Shown here piece by piece: positions 9,358-18,800 of a stretch of 64,000 nucleotides of DNA (positions are counted from its first letter, which is position 1; the number at the start of each line of letters is the position of its first letter). The stretch is from contig OY820591.1 of the NCBI GenBank assembly GCA_963555985.3, positions 1,312,001-1,376,000 on the forward strand, given 5' to 3'. Position numbers and translations under genes: made by a program. The DNA is from Dehalococcoidia bacterium. Its GTDB lineage: Bacteria > Chloroflexota > Dehalococcoidia > Bin125. The notes under the pieces were generated by a model. It made no database searches and was not told the DNA's origin. It saw only the letters and a list, made by a program, of their open reading frames with translations.

Positions 9358-10367
9358 GTACTTGTCCCGCGCCGGGCTCGCCAGGCTCGCCAGGCGTACA
9401 TCGCCACTGAGGTCGCTACCGCAACATTGAGACTGTCAATCTGTCCGTAGATCGGAAGCTCCAACTGCAAACTCGCAGCCTCTAGCAATTCTTTCGGCAG
9501 TCCGTCCCCCTCATTGCCGGCGACGATCAGCGGACGCTCAGGCCACTCCGCCTCCCACACAATCCGTGCCTCAGGTCCCTGCTGGAGCGCAACAATCTCG
9601 TACCCCTCCTCGACCGCGCGGGCAACACACGCCTCGGCGCTCTCCAGGATCTCAATCGGCAGCCACCAATCCGTCCCTTTCGTCGAGGGTCGGTAGTAGA
9701 AATCCCGCCCGACGATCCAGAGCGCCTCCGCACCCGCCGCCTCCGCGCTGCGAACCAGCGTGCCCAGGTTGACCCCATAGGAGAAGTTGAACGCAGCCAC
9801 GGCAAAAGAGCGCGCCCGCTCACCAGGCGCGTCGCGGTGAGGCAACCCAAACGGCCGAACAGAGGAGAGCGAGCGATCTGCCAGCGGGTCAGGTTCGCGG
9901 GTTGCAATCTGCGCCAACGCACGCTCTGCCCGCTTGCGGATCGCAGCATCAGGATCGCGCGTGAGCCGCTCAAGCAGTTCGGCCGCAGGAGCGCCAATCG
10001 CCGCCAACGCAACGCAGACCGCCCGCCGAGACTGGCGTTCCCCATCCGCGAGCACAGGTCCCAGCTGGCGGCAAACCTCCTCCGGATCCAGCCGCGGCAG
10101 CAGCGTCATCGAGCGTCGCCGCATCCGCTTGTTGCTCGAAAGCAGAGCAGGCAACAGCGCCGCGACGGCTTCGTCGGCGGGCGCAAGCTGAAGCGCAATC
10201 CGAGCCTCACCACGCGGAAAGCCATGCTTGGCATTCAGCGCCAACGTCACCGCCCGCCCAACCCAGCCCGGCTCGCGAGCCTCCGCATCGGCGCGCATCG
10301 CCATGCCCGTGTCGTAGGCTTCCCGATCTTCGGGGGAGAGGTTTGGGAGACCGGCCTTCTCGCGCAT
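9354..10367 (-). CDS. HEAT-repeat + TrmH/SpoU RNA methyltransferase
   Basis: NLGTLVRSAEAAG, GNEGDGL, LPIYGQIDSLNVAVA; HEAT-like LTRDPDAAIRKRAERAL; start uncertain. Confidence 0.85.
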   Translation of the reverse strand: MREKAGLPNLSPEDREAYDTGMAMRADAEAREPGWVGRAVTLALNAKHGFPRGEARIALQLAPADEAVAALLPALLSSNKRMRRRSMTLLPRLDPEEVCRQLGPVLADGERQSRRAVCVALAAIGAPAAELLERLTRDPDAAIRKRAERALAQIATREPDPLADRSLSSVRPFGLPHRDAPGERARSFAVAAFNFSYGVNLGTLVRSAEAAGAEALWIVGRDFYYRPSTKGTDWWLPIEILESAEACVARAVEEGYEIVALQQGPEARIVWEAEWPERPLIVAGNEGDGLPKELLEAASLQLELPIYGQIDSLNVAVATSVAMYAWRAWRARRGTST

Positions 10368-10467
10368 ATCGAAATTGTGGCGCGTTACGCTGCCACTGTC
10401 GAAAACGAACCCACATCGGCTTCTCTGTCCGGCTTGGCCGACCCATTCGCCCCATGATTCCACGCTC

Positions 10468-10842
10468 ATGACCACCCGCGACATCGAGATCGACGCCGAA
10501 CCCATTGACGCCTTCGAGGCTGTCCAGGAAATCCTCGAACGCGCAGTCACCGAGGGCGCGTTCAGAGTCGTCCTCGACGAAGCGCCGCGCCACTACGCGA
10601 TCGAATGGTCGACACGAATGGCGGGAGCTCGCTACGACTTTCGGATCGAGCGGAGCGGCGGACATCGCTCGCGGCTGGAGGCGCAGCTCGAGTTCACGGG
10701 AATGATGAGGTCGCTGCTCACCTTGATCCGAGGCGCCGGCAACGGACCTCACCTCGAACAGATCATTGGCGACATCAAGGCGTTGGCCGAGTCGGAAGAG
10801 TTCTATGAGGATGATGAAGATGAAGAGCAGGCCGAGGATTAA
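10468..10842 (+). CDS. Hypothetical, possibly SRPBCC-like
   Basis: TRDIEIDAEP start, C-terminal helix LEQIIGDIKALAE, acidic tail. Confidence 0.65.
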   Translation: MTTRDIEIDAEPIDAFEAVQEILERAVTEGAFRVVLDEAPRHYAIEWSTRMAGARYDFRIERSGGHRSRLEAQLEFTGMMRSLLTLIRGAGNGPHLEQIIGDIKALAESEEFYEDDEDEEQAED

Positions 10843-10964
10843 CGCCTCGCCTGCGCTCAAACGTGCTATCGTCGAAGCAAGTCGCTAGACGAAAGGTGCC
10901 CGCCGATGCTCTGTGCCCATTCCCTCGAACGCTCGCAAATCTCCTCCCCTATTCGCCAGGCAAA

Positions 10965-11090
10965 GCTGAACATTCCTGAACGGTCTTCAGCGTCCGCAAT
11001 CACGAAAACCCTGTAAAACACGGGAGAAAGCGTTCCTTTTTTTCTCACCAACTCGAAAAAAGAAATTTCTCCCTGAACACCTGAACACCC
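10965..11090 (+). repeat. Non-coding bipartite CTGAAC(A) repeat array with A/T tracts
   Basis: CTGAAC at 10966, 10976, 11073, 11081; colinear similarity to 51901-52005. Confidence 0.7.
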
Positions 11091-11134
11091 TCACATATCA
11101 TCGTCCCATGTGCCGATCCTGACAGGAGATACCC

Positions 11135-11956
11135 ATGCAGCTGAGCGGACTGGAAGACAAAGTCGCCGTCGTCACCGGCGCAGGGCGGATGCGCAGCATC
11201 GGTCGCCCGATCGCAGTCGAACTGGCCAAGCAAGGCTGCGACGTGGTCCTGACCGGGACCGGACGCGCCCCGGAGCACTATCCCGACGACGAGAAAGCGG
11301 CGGGTTGGCGCGATATCGATTCGGTCGCGGATGAGGTGCGCGAGGTCGGGCGACGCCCGCTCCCCCTTGTCAGTGATGTCGCCGACTACGGCGCGGTCGA
11401 AGACCTGCTCCAGACCACGCTGGACGAATTCGGGCGGGTCGACTTCATCATCAACAACGCCGGCGCGGCTCGAGGCTCCGACCGCGTGCCGGTCGTAGAC
11501 CTGGATCCTGATCTCTGGCGAGTGGTACTGGACGTGAACCTCAACGGAGCCTTCTACATGAGCCAGGTTTTCGGACGGAAGTTAATCGAGCAGGGCGAAG
11601 GCGGCGCGATCATCAACATCTCCTCAATCGCGGGCAAGATGCTCGGCCCAAATACGGCTGCCTATGCCGCCTCGAAGGCCGGATTGCAGGCGCTCACGGC
11701 CTCAATGGCGCAGGAGATCGGCAAACACGGCGTGCGCGTCAACGCGATCTGCCCCGGCATCATTGACACCTCGCGCATGGACGACATGGGCCGCGGTGAG
11801 TTCTGGCAGCGCGCCATCGACACCCGCATTCCCATGGGCCGCGCGGGTGAAGGCGAGGACATCGCCTACATCACGGCGTTCCTCTGCTCGCAGCAGGGCG
11901 AGTGGATCACCGGTCAGTCCTACAATGTGGACGGCGGGACTTGTGTCCAGCACTAA
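11135..11956 (+). CDS. Short-chain dehydrogenase/reductase
   Basis: VAVVTGAG..IG, NNAG, YAASK, RVNAICPG. Confidence 0.95.
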   Translation: MQLSGLEDKVAVVTGAGRMRSIGRPIAVELAKQGCDVVLTGTGRAPEHYPDDEKAAGWRDIDSVADEVREVGRRPLPLVSDVADYGAVEDLLQTTLDEFGRVDFIINNAGAARGSDRVPVVDLDPDLWRVVLDVNLNGAFYMSQVFGRKLIEQGEGGAIINISSIAGKMLGPNTAAYAASKAGLQALTASMAQEIGKHGVRVNAICPGIIDTSRMDDMGRGEFWQRAIDTRIPMGRAGEGEDIAYITAFLCSQQGEWITGQSYNVDGGTCVQH

Positions 11957-11989
11957 CCCATCCAACCGCACGACCTGAAAGGGTTGAAC

Positions 11990-12790
11990 ATGGCCGACTA
12001 CGAATTCATCAAGTACGAGCAGGACGGCAACATCGTCACGATCACGATCAACCGCCCGGAGCGGATGAACTCGATTCACCCGCCGACGACGGAGGAGCTG
12101 TCGGACGCCTGGAACACGTTCGCGGAGGACGACTCGGCCTGGGTCGGGATTCTGACCGGCGCGGGGGAGCGGGCGTTCTCGGCGGGCAACGACCTGAAGT
12201 ACACGGCGGAGATGTCGCGTGTGCCCGCCAACGAGCGTCCCAGCTTTGCTCCGGTGCGGGGCGGCTTTGGCGGCATCACCGCCGACTGGGAGTGCCCCAA
12301 GCCGATGATCGCGGCCGTCAATGGCTTCGCCTTGGGCGGCGGCTGCGAAATGGCGATGGCCTGCGACATCATCATCGCCGCCGATCACGCCCGCCTGGGC
12401 CTGCCCGAACCGCGCGTGGGCCTGATGGCCGGCGCCGGCGGCGTCCATCGCCTGCCCCGCCACATTCCGCTCAAGATCGCCATGGGCTACATGCTCACCG
12501 GCAATCACATCCCCGCCCCCATCGCCCACCAGTGGGGTCTGGTCAACGAGGTCGTCCCCGCCGCCGAGCTGATGGACACCGCCCGCCGCTGGGCCAGCGA
12601 AATCCTGCTCTGCGCCCCCATCTCCGTCCGCGCCTCCAAGGAGGCCGCCTACAAAGGCCTCGACCTCCCGCTCCCGGCGGCCCTCACCCATTCCTTCCAC
12701 CAACAGCGCATCATGGGCCAGTCCGAAGACCTCATCGAAGGCCCCCGAGCCTTCGCCGAGAAGCGAACGCCGAACTGGAAAGGCCGCTAG
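11990..12790 (+). CDS. Enoyl-CoA hydratase
   Basis: RAFSAGNDLK, AVNGFALGGGCE, GLPEPRVG (both catalytic Glu present). Confidence 0.95.
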   Translation: MADYEFIKYEQDGNIVTITINRPERMNSIHPPTTEELSDAWNTFAEDDSAWVGILTGAGERAFSAGNDLKYTAEMSRVPANERPSFAPVRGGFGGITADWECPKPMIAAVNGFALGGGCEMAMACDIIIAADHARLGLPEPRVGLMAGAGGVHRLPRHIPLKIAMGYMLTGNHIPAPIAHQWGLVNEVVPAAELMDTARRWASEILLCAPISVRASKEAAYKGLDLPLPAALTHSFHQQRIMGQSEDLIEGPRAFAEKRTPNWKGR

Positions 12791-13371
12791 CCGTCGGATC
12801 GCCACGGCGGATCAGCCGACAACTCCCCCATCCGCCGACCCGAGTCCGGCACATCGTGACTCAACTTCCGCCCATACTCCTCCGCCCACTCCGGCGGCAG
12901 CACCTGCTGCACCTCGTGCCAACGAAGCGGCTGACCGCGAGTATTGCGTGAAGCGTCGGTCACATCTGCCAACCAGATCGCCATGTCGCCCCCGTCCATG
13001 TAGTTGACGACGCGGCAAGTCATCCAGCCCAGCACGCCCTCAAGGATCGGCGAACCATCCTCGTGCGTGCGCCAGTCCAGGCCCTCGAACTTGTCCACTT
13101 CGCTCTGTGAGCGAAAGCCCCAGTGCCGCACCCACTCCCACTGCTCGCGGGCAAGGACATGCACGGCGAAACGTCCGCTCTGTTCGATCAGACCGTTGGT
13201 GTGATTGCGTTTCTGAATCTGCACCAACACACGCGGCTGCGCCGGAACGATCGAGGCTGCAAACGCCCCAACCGCAATCTGTCCGCCCCGACGCTCGCCA
13301 TCGGCAGCAGTGACCAGTGTCAACGGTGACCACATCAGCGTGAGCAGGGAAGGCGCGTCTTGGATCGGCAT
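12787..13371 (-). CDS. Flavin reductase-like FMN-binding protein
   Basis: SGRFAVHVL, FRS..VDKF, GSPILEG, CRV..MDGGD. Confidence 0.85.
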   Translation of the reverse strand: MPIQDAPSLLTLMWSPLTLVTAADGERRGGQIAVGAFAASIVPAQPRVLVQIQKRNHTNGLIEQSGRFAVHVLAREQWEWVRHWGFRSQSEVDKFEGLDWRTHEDGSPILEGVLGWMTCRVVNYMDGGDMAIWLADVTDASRNTRGQPLRWHEVQQVLPPEWAEEYGRKLSHDVPDSGRRMGELSADPPWRSDG

Positions 13372-13380
13372 AGACGGAGA

Positions 13381-14109
13381 CTAACCGCCCTCAGCTTCGT
13401 TGGCGCTGGCCTCTGCTGAGAGACTTGCCGCGGACGCCTCGGCATCGCGCCGCTCGCGCGAACGCCTCCACGCCATCCACCCAATCGGGAGCGCGAAGAA
13501 GACCAGAATGGCGGCAAACGCAGCAAGGGCGATAACCCAGTTGCGCCGCACACCCTCTCCGAGCACGGCGGCAAGTCCCAGGATCGGCGCGGAGGCGAGC
13601 ACGGAGATGACGAAGTAAGGAATGAAGCGCATCTGGGTCAGTCCGGCAGCATAGGACACATAATCCACACCTGCGATCGGAAAGAGCCGCAGCACAATCA
13701 GGAGACGGAGGCCGAGCCGCTCGCCAAGCTCGTCGACTTTGTCGAGCGCAGCCTGCGACATCAGCCGGCGCAGCGCTGGACGTCCCAGTACGCGGGCGAG
13801 CGCATAGCAGATTGAAGAGCCGATCGCAGTGGCGCTGAGGGTGTAGGCGAAACCCAGACCGCCGCCAAACGCAGTCGCCGCCAGCACCGGCAACGGCGCA
13901 GTCGGTACCGGCGCGAAGAGCATCGATCCGGCGAAGACGAGGATGTAGATGATCGGCCCCCAAGGACCGAGGTCCTCAATCCAGCCTTCAAGGTCAGTTT
14001 CGTCGTACGGCGACCAGCGATCGTAGGCAACATAAAGTGCGATCAGACCCGCGATCACGACGATCACCACGACAGCGGCGATGGCGGCGCGTTTGCGCGT
14101 GATTTCCAT
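13381..14109 (-). CDS. TVP38/DedA (VTT domain) membrane protein
   Basis: GPWGP, FG..GF, LRLFP..DYVSYAAG. Confidence 0.9.
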   Translation of the reverse strand: MEITRKRAAIAAVVVIVVIAGLIALYVAYDRWSPYDETDLEGWIEDLGPWGPIIYILVFAGSMLFAPVPTAPLPVLAATAFGGGLGFAYTLSATAIGSSICYALARVLGRPALRRLMSQAALDKVDELGERLGLRLLIVLRLFPIAGVDYVSYAAGLTQMRFIPYFVISVLASAPILGLAAVLGEGVRRNWVIALAAFAAILVFFALPIGWMAWRRSRERRDAEASAASLSAEASANEAEGG

Positions 14110-14237
14110 TCGTCCACCATACGCGCCGAACTGCCCTCGTTTGAGTCGGACAGACGCCGCGATCTGCGTGTAGTGTCGAAGCTATGCAGGTTGACTTAAC
14201 GGCCCGCCCACGCTGAGGCACGGTGAAGGGACGAACG

Positions 14238-15590
14238 ATGAGCGCGGAATCGACGATCGATCGGGAGTTCTTCGCAAAACATCAAGGCTCTGCCGAACGC
14301 GCTGCCGAAGCGCGGACGCTGTTCCCCTCCGGCGTGACGCACGACGCCCGCTACTTCGAGCCGTTCGGGATCGTCGTCGATCGTGCGCAGGGAGCGCGTA
14401 AGTGGGACGTCGACGGCAACGAGATCATCGACTACGTGATGGGCCACGGCGCCCTCTTGTTCGGCCACAGCCACCCCGATCTCGTGGAAGCGGTCCAGCA
14501 CCAGATCCAGTGGGGAACGCACTTCGGTGGCTCTTCTGAGTTGGAGCGGCAGTGGGCGAGAGCGATCCAGCGGCTGCTACCGAGCGCCGAGAAGGTGCGC
14601 TTCACCTCGTCGGGCACAGAGGCGACGATGATGGCCGTGCGTCTGGCTCGCGCCGCGACCGGACGCAACCGCCTGCTCCGCCTGCGCAACCACTTCCACG
14701 GCTGGAACGACAGCGTGATGGCGGCGGGTCGCACATCGGCCGGGTACATCTCGGCGGCCGGCCATGCGCCCGCAATGCAGGAGACGATCACAGCAGTCGA
14801 TCAGACCGACATCGCTGCGGTGTCGGAGGAGCTCTCGAGCGGCGAATACGCCGCCATGATCCTCGAACCGACCGGCTACTCATGGGGCACGTGCCCGCTC
14901 CCGCCCGAGTACGTGGCGGAGTTTCGGCAACTGACCGAGCAGACGGGAACGATCCTGATCTTCGATGAGGTCGTGACCGGATTCCGGGCCTCTGCGGGCG
15001 GCGTCCAGGAGCGGATTGGCGTGCGCCCCGATCTGACCACCCTCGCCAAGATCGCCGCCGGCGGACTACCGGGCGGTGCGGTCTGCGGGCGCGCCGATCT
15101 GCTTGACCAAATCGGATTCGATGCAACTGCGCGCGTAGCCCACCCAGGCACGTTCAACGCGAACCCGCTCAGTGCCGCAGCAGGGACGCGGGCGCTGACA
15201 GCCGTAGCCGAGGATGATCCGAACTCGATTGCGGATGCGCGCGCGACGCAACTCTCGCGGGGACTGAACGATGCGCTGCTGAGCGCAGAAGCGCCCGGCT
15301 GTGCTTGGGCGGACGCCTCGATGGTGCATCTGATCCTCGGCCAAGACCTGGAACGTCCGCAGGACGGCGTTAGCTGGGAATGGGAATCGCGCGGCGGGGC
15401 AAGCGCCACCTTGCCCACGACCGCGCCGGAAATTGCTTGGCCCTTCCGGCGCGCGCTGCTCAATCACGGCGTCGATCTGATGGGCATGGGCGCGCTCGTC
15501 AGCTGCGTGCATAGTGAGGCCGACATCGAGGCCACGCTCGACGCCTTCGCGGCCGCGTTGTCCGACTTGCGCCGAGACGAGATCCTCTGA
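14238..15590 (+). CDS. Class III PLP aminotransferase (GSA aminomutase-like)
   Basis: DVDGNEIIDY, RFTSSGTEAT, FDEVVTGFR, DLTTLAKIAAGGLP, HPGTFNAN. Confidence 0.9.
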   Translation: MSAESTIDREFFAKHQGSAERAAEARTLFPSGVTHDARYFEPFGIVVDRAQGARKWDVDGNEIIDYVMGHGALLFGHSHPDLVEAVQHQIQWGTHFGGSSELERQWARAIQRLLPSAEKVRFTSSGTEATMMAVRLARAATGRNRLLRLRNHFHGWNDSVMAAGRTSAGYISAAGHAPAMQETITAVDQTDIAAVSEELSSGEYAAMILEPTGYSWGTCPLPPEYVAEFRQLTEQTGTILIFDEVVTGFRASAGGVQERIGVRPDLTTLAKIAAGGLPGGAVCGRADLLDQIGFDATARVAHPGTFNANPLSAAAGTRALTAVAEDDPNSIADARATQLSRGLNDALLSAEAPGCAWADASMVHLILGQDLERPQDGVSWEWESRGGASATLPTTAPEIAWPFRRALLNHGVDLMGMGALVSCVHSEADIEATLDAFAAALSDLRRDEIL

Positions 15591-15838
15591 CCACTGACAC
15601 GGCGCTGTAACGTATGCCCTAGCGCTTGTTCTGCCTGCGTGCGAATATTCACACAGGATGCGCAGCGCGCCGCATCGGTGAGACAGCGGCCGTTTCGACC
15701 GAAATCCACCGAGCGAGCGCCGCGACTCAGTGACGAGTCCCCGCGCCGCGCTGCTCTGATCACTCTGGACGCGGTTCGCGTTCGGCTTTCGCCAGCCGAC
15801 CCTGACCCCGACCGTTGGATTGACGTTCAGGAATCGAT

Positions 15839-18800
15839 ATGCGAGACAGCTCCCACCGCGCCACGCCGCTCCCCTATCCCGGACTCTACGACCCGGAGAG
15901 CGTTCGTGACGCCTGCGGCACGGGATTCGTCGCGCGTCTCGATGGCGTCGCAACGCACGAGCTCGTGCAACAGGCTGTCGAAGGCGTTGTTTCGCTCACA
16001 CACCGAGGCGCGGTCAACGCGGATCCGAATACCGGCGACGGCGCCGGCGTCACGATTCAGATCCCCTACGCGGTGTTGCAACCTGAGCTTGAGCGTCTCG
16101 GGCATCCCGATCTGGCCGAGCAGGACCTCGCTCTGGCGATGGTGTTCCTGCCCCGCGACGAGCATGGACGAGCGCGCGCGCGCAAGCTGCTTGAAGGCGT
16201 GATTGAGCGAACCGGGCTCCGCGTCGTTGGTTGGCGTGTCGTCCCCACCGACCCCAGCGTGCTCGGCGATTGGGCGCTCGAAGGTCTGCCCGGTATCGAG
16301 CAACTGATCTTCAGCCGGGGCGCAAAGCTCGACGATGCGGAGTTCGGACGCCGCGTCTATCTCGCGCGCCGGCGGGCGGACGCGGAGTATCAAGCGCTGG
16401 CCGAGGCGGACGCTGACGATCCGGCGGGGGACACCTACATCGTCTCAATGTCGACTTCGACCGTTGTCTATAAGGGCCTGATGGTCGCGCCCCAGTTGAG
16501 TCGCTTCTACCCGGACCTGACCAATCCCAAGACCGTCTCTGCGCTTGCCCTCTTTCATCAGCGCTACGCCACCAACACCCTGCCGAATTGGCGGATCGCG
16601 CAGCCGTTCCGCTACATCGCCCACAACGGCGAGATCAACACGCTGCTCGGCAATCGCCACTGGATGCAGGCGCGTGGACCGGCGATGCAGTCGGCGGTCT
16701 GGGGTGAGGCAGTCTCGGAGCTGCACCCGATCATCGGCCTGGCGGGTTCGGACTCGCAGGCGTTCGACGAAGCCTTTGAGCTGCTCGTGGCGTCCGGCCG
16801 CTCCGCCCTGCACGCGATGATGATGCTGATCCCCGAAGCCTGGGAGCAGCTTGACGACATGGATCGCGAGCTGCGCGGTTTCTACGAGTACCACGCCTGC
16901 CTCACCGAGCCCTGGGACGGCCCTGCCGCAATGGCCTTCACCGACGGCAAGGTCGCCGCCGCCGCGATGGACCGTAATGGCCTTCGCCCCGCCCGCTACC
17001 AGGTGACCAAGAGCGGACTGGTGGTGATGGCGTCCGAAGTTGGGCTGATCAAGCTCGACCAGGCCGACATCATCGAATCCGGCCGCCTCGGTCCTGGCCA
17101 GATGGTCGCGGTCGATACGGAGCGCCACGAACTGCTCCACAACGACGACATCAAGCGGCGAATTTCACGCCGCCGCCCCTATGCCGCGTGGGTGCGGCAG
17201 CGAATGGGCCGGCTTGAGCGCGCAGCTTCAATCGACGCCTCGATGATCCCCCAGGCCGACGAAGGCGATCTCTTGGCTCGCCAGATCCTGCACGGCTACA
17301 GCAAGGAAGAGGTCGACTTCGTACTCAAGCCGATGGCGCGGCAGGCGAAAGAGCCGGTCGGCTCAATGGGCGATGACACCCCGCTCTCTGTGCTGCATGA
17401 TCCACCGCGACCCTTGTACACCTACTTCCGCCAGAAATTCGCGCAGGTCACCAATCCCCCGATCGACTCGATCCGCGAACGCAATGTGATGTCGCTCGAC
17501 ACTTGGCTGGGCCGGCGGCACTCGCTGCTCGAAGAAGCCCCCGAAGCGGCGCAACTCGTCCATCTACGCTCACCGCTGATTCTCAGCGACGAGCTTGACG
17601 CCCTGATCTCCTTCCGCCTGCCCGGCTTCTCGGCGGCGACCCTGGAGACCTCGTTTCCGGTGTCCGACGGCGCGGCCGGGCTAGAACCTGCGCTGGACGC
17701 GCTCTGCGACCGAGTCGACAACGCGATTGAGGATGGGCATTCCCTGCTCATCTTGACCGACGAGCACATCGACCAGAATCGTGTCCCGATCCCGATGCTG
17801 CTGGCCGTCTCTACCGTGCATCACCATTTGATCGCCAACGGACATCGCATGTCAGCCTCGATCGTCGCCAGCTGCGGCGACGCGCGAGACGTACACCAAG
17901 TCTCTTGCTTGATCGGGTTTGGCGCGGACGCAGTCCATCCCTATCTCGCGCTGCAAACGCTCAACGCCTTGCACGCCCAGGGTGAACTTGAGGAATTCAC
18001 AGCCGACGAGGTGATCGAGCGCTACGTGCAGGCCGTTGATTCCGGCATTCTCAAGATCATGTCGAAGATGGGGATTGCCGCTCGTGCCTCCTACCACGGC
18101 GCCCAGATCTATGAGGCGCTCGGTATCAGCGATCAGGTGGTCTCACGCTCCTTCCCCGGAACGACCTCGCGGATCGGCGGCGTCGGCTTCGAGGAGATTG
18201 GAGCCGACGCGGTGGCGCGGCATGAACTCGCATATCCAGCCGCTGGCCTCGAGGCGGGCGGCTGGTATCGCTACCGGCGCAACGCCGATTACCACGCTAA
18301 TGAGCCCCCGATCTGGCGAGCGCTACATAAGGCCGTCCAGCACCCGGATCACTCCCAGAACGGCAGCCGCGAGGCCTACGAGCAGTATTCGGAACTGGCG
18401 AATTCACGACGGCCGACCGCGCTTCGAGACATGCTCGACTTCCGCTCAGATCATGAACCGATTTCGTTGGACGAAGTCGAACCCCACGACCAGATCACGC
18501 CTCGCTTCAGTACCGGCGCCATGTCGCTTGGCGCGCTCAGCCCGGAAACCCACGAAGACATCGCCCGTGCAATGAATGCGCTCGGCGCACGTTCGAATAC
18601 GGGCGAAGGCGGTGAAGACCCTCGTCGCTTCCTGTTCGACGGCGACAAGTCCGATGCCAATTCGCAAATCAAGCAAATCGCATCGGGCCGCTTCGGTGTA
18701 ACCCCGGCCTATCTCGGCAGCGCGAGCGAGATCGAGATCAAGATCGCGCAAGGCTCGAAGCCCGGCGAGGGCGGGCAGCTGCCGGGACACAAGGTGACCT

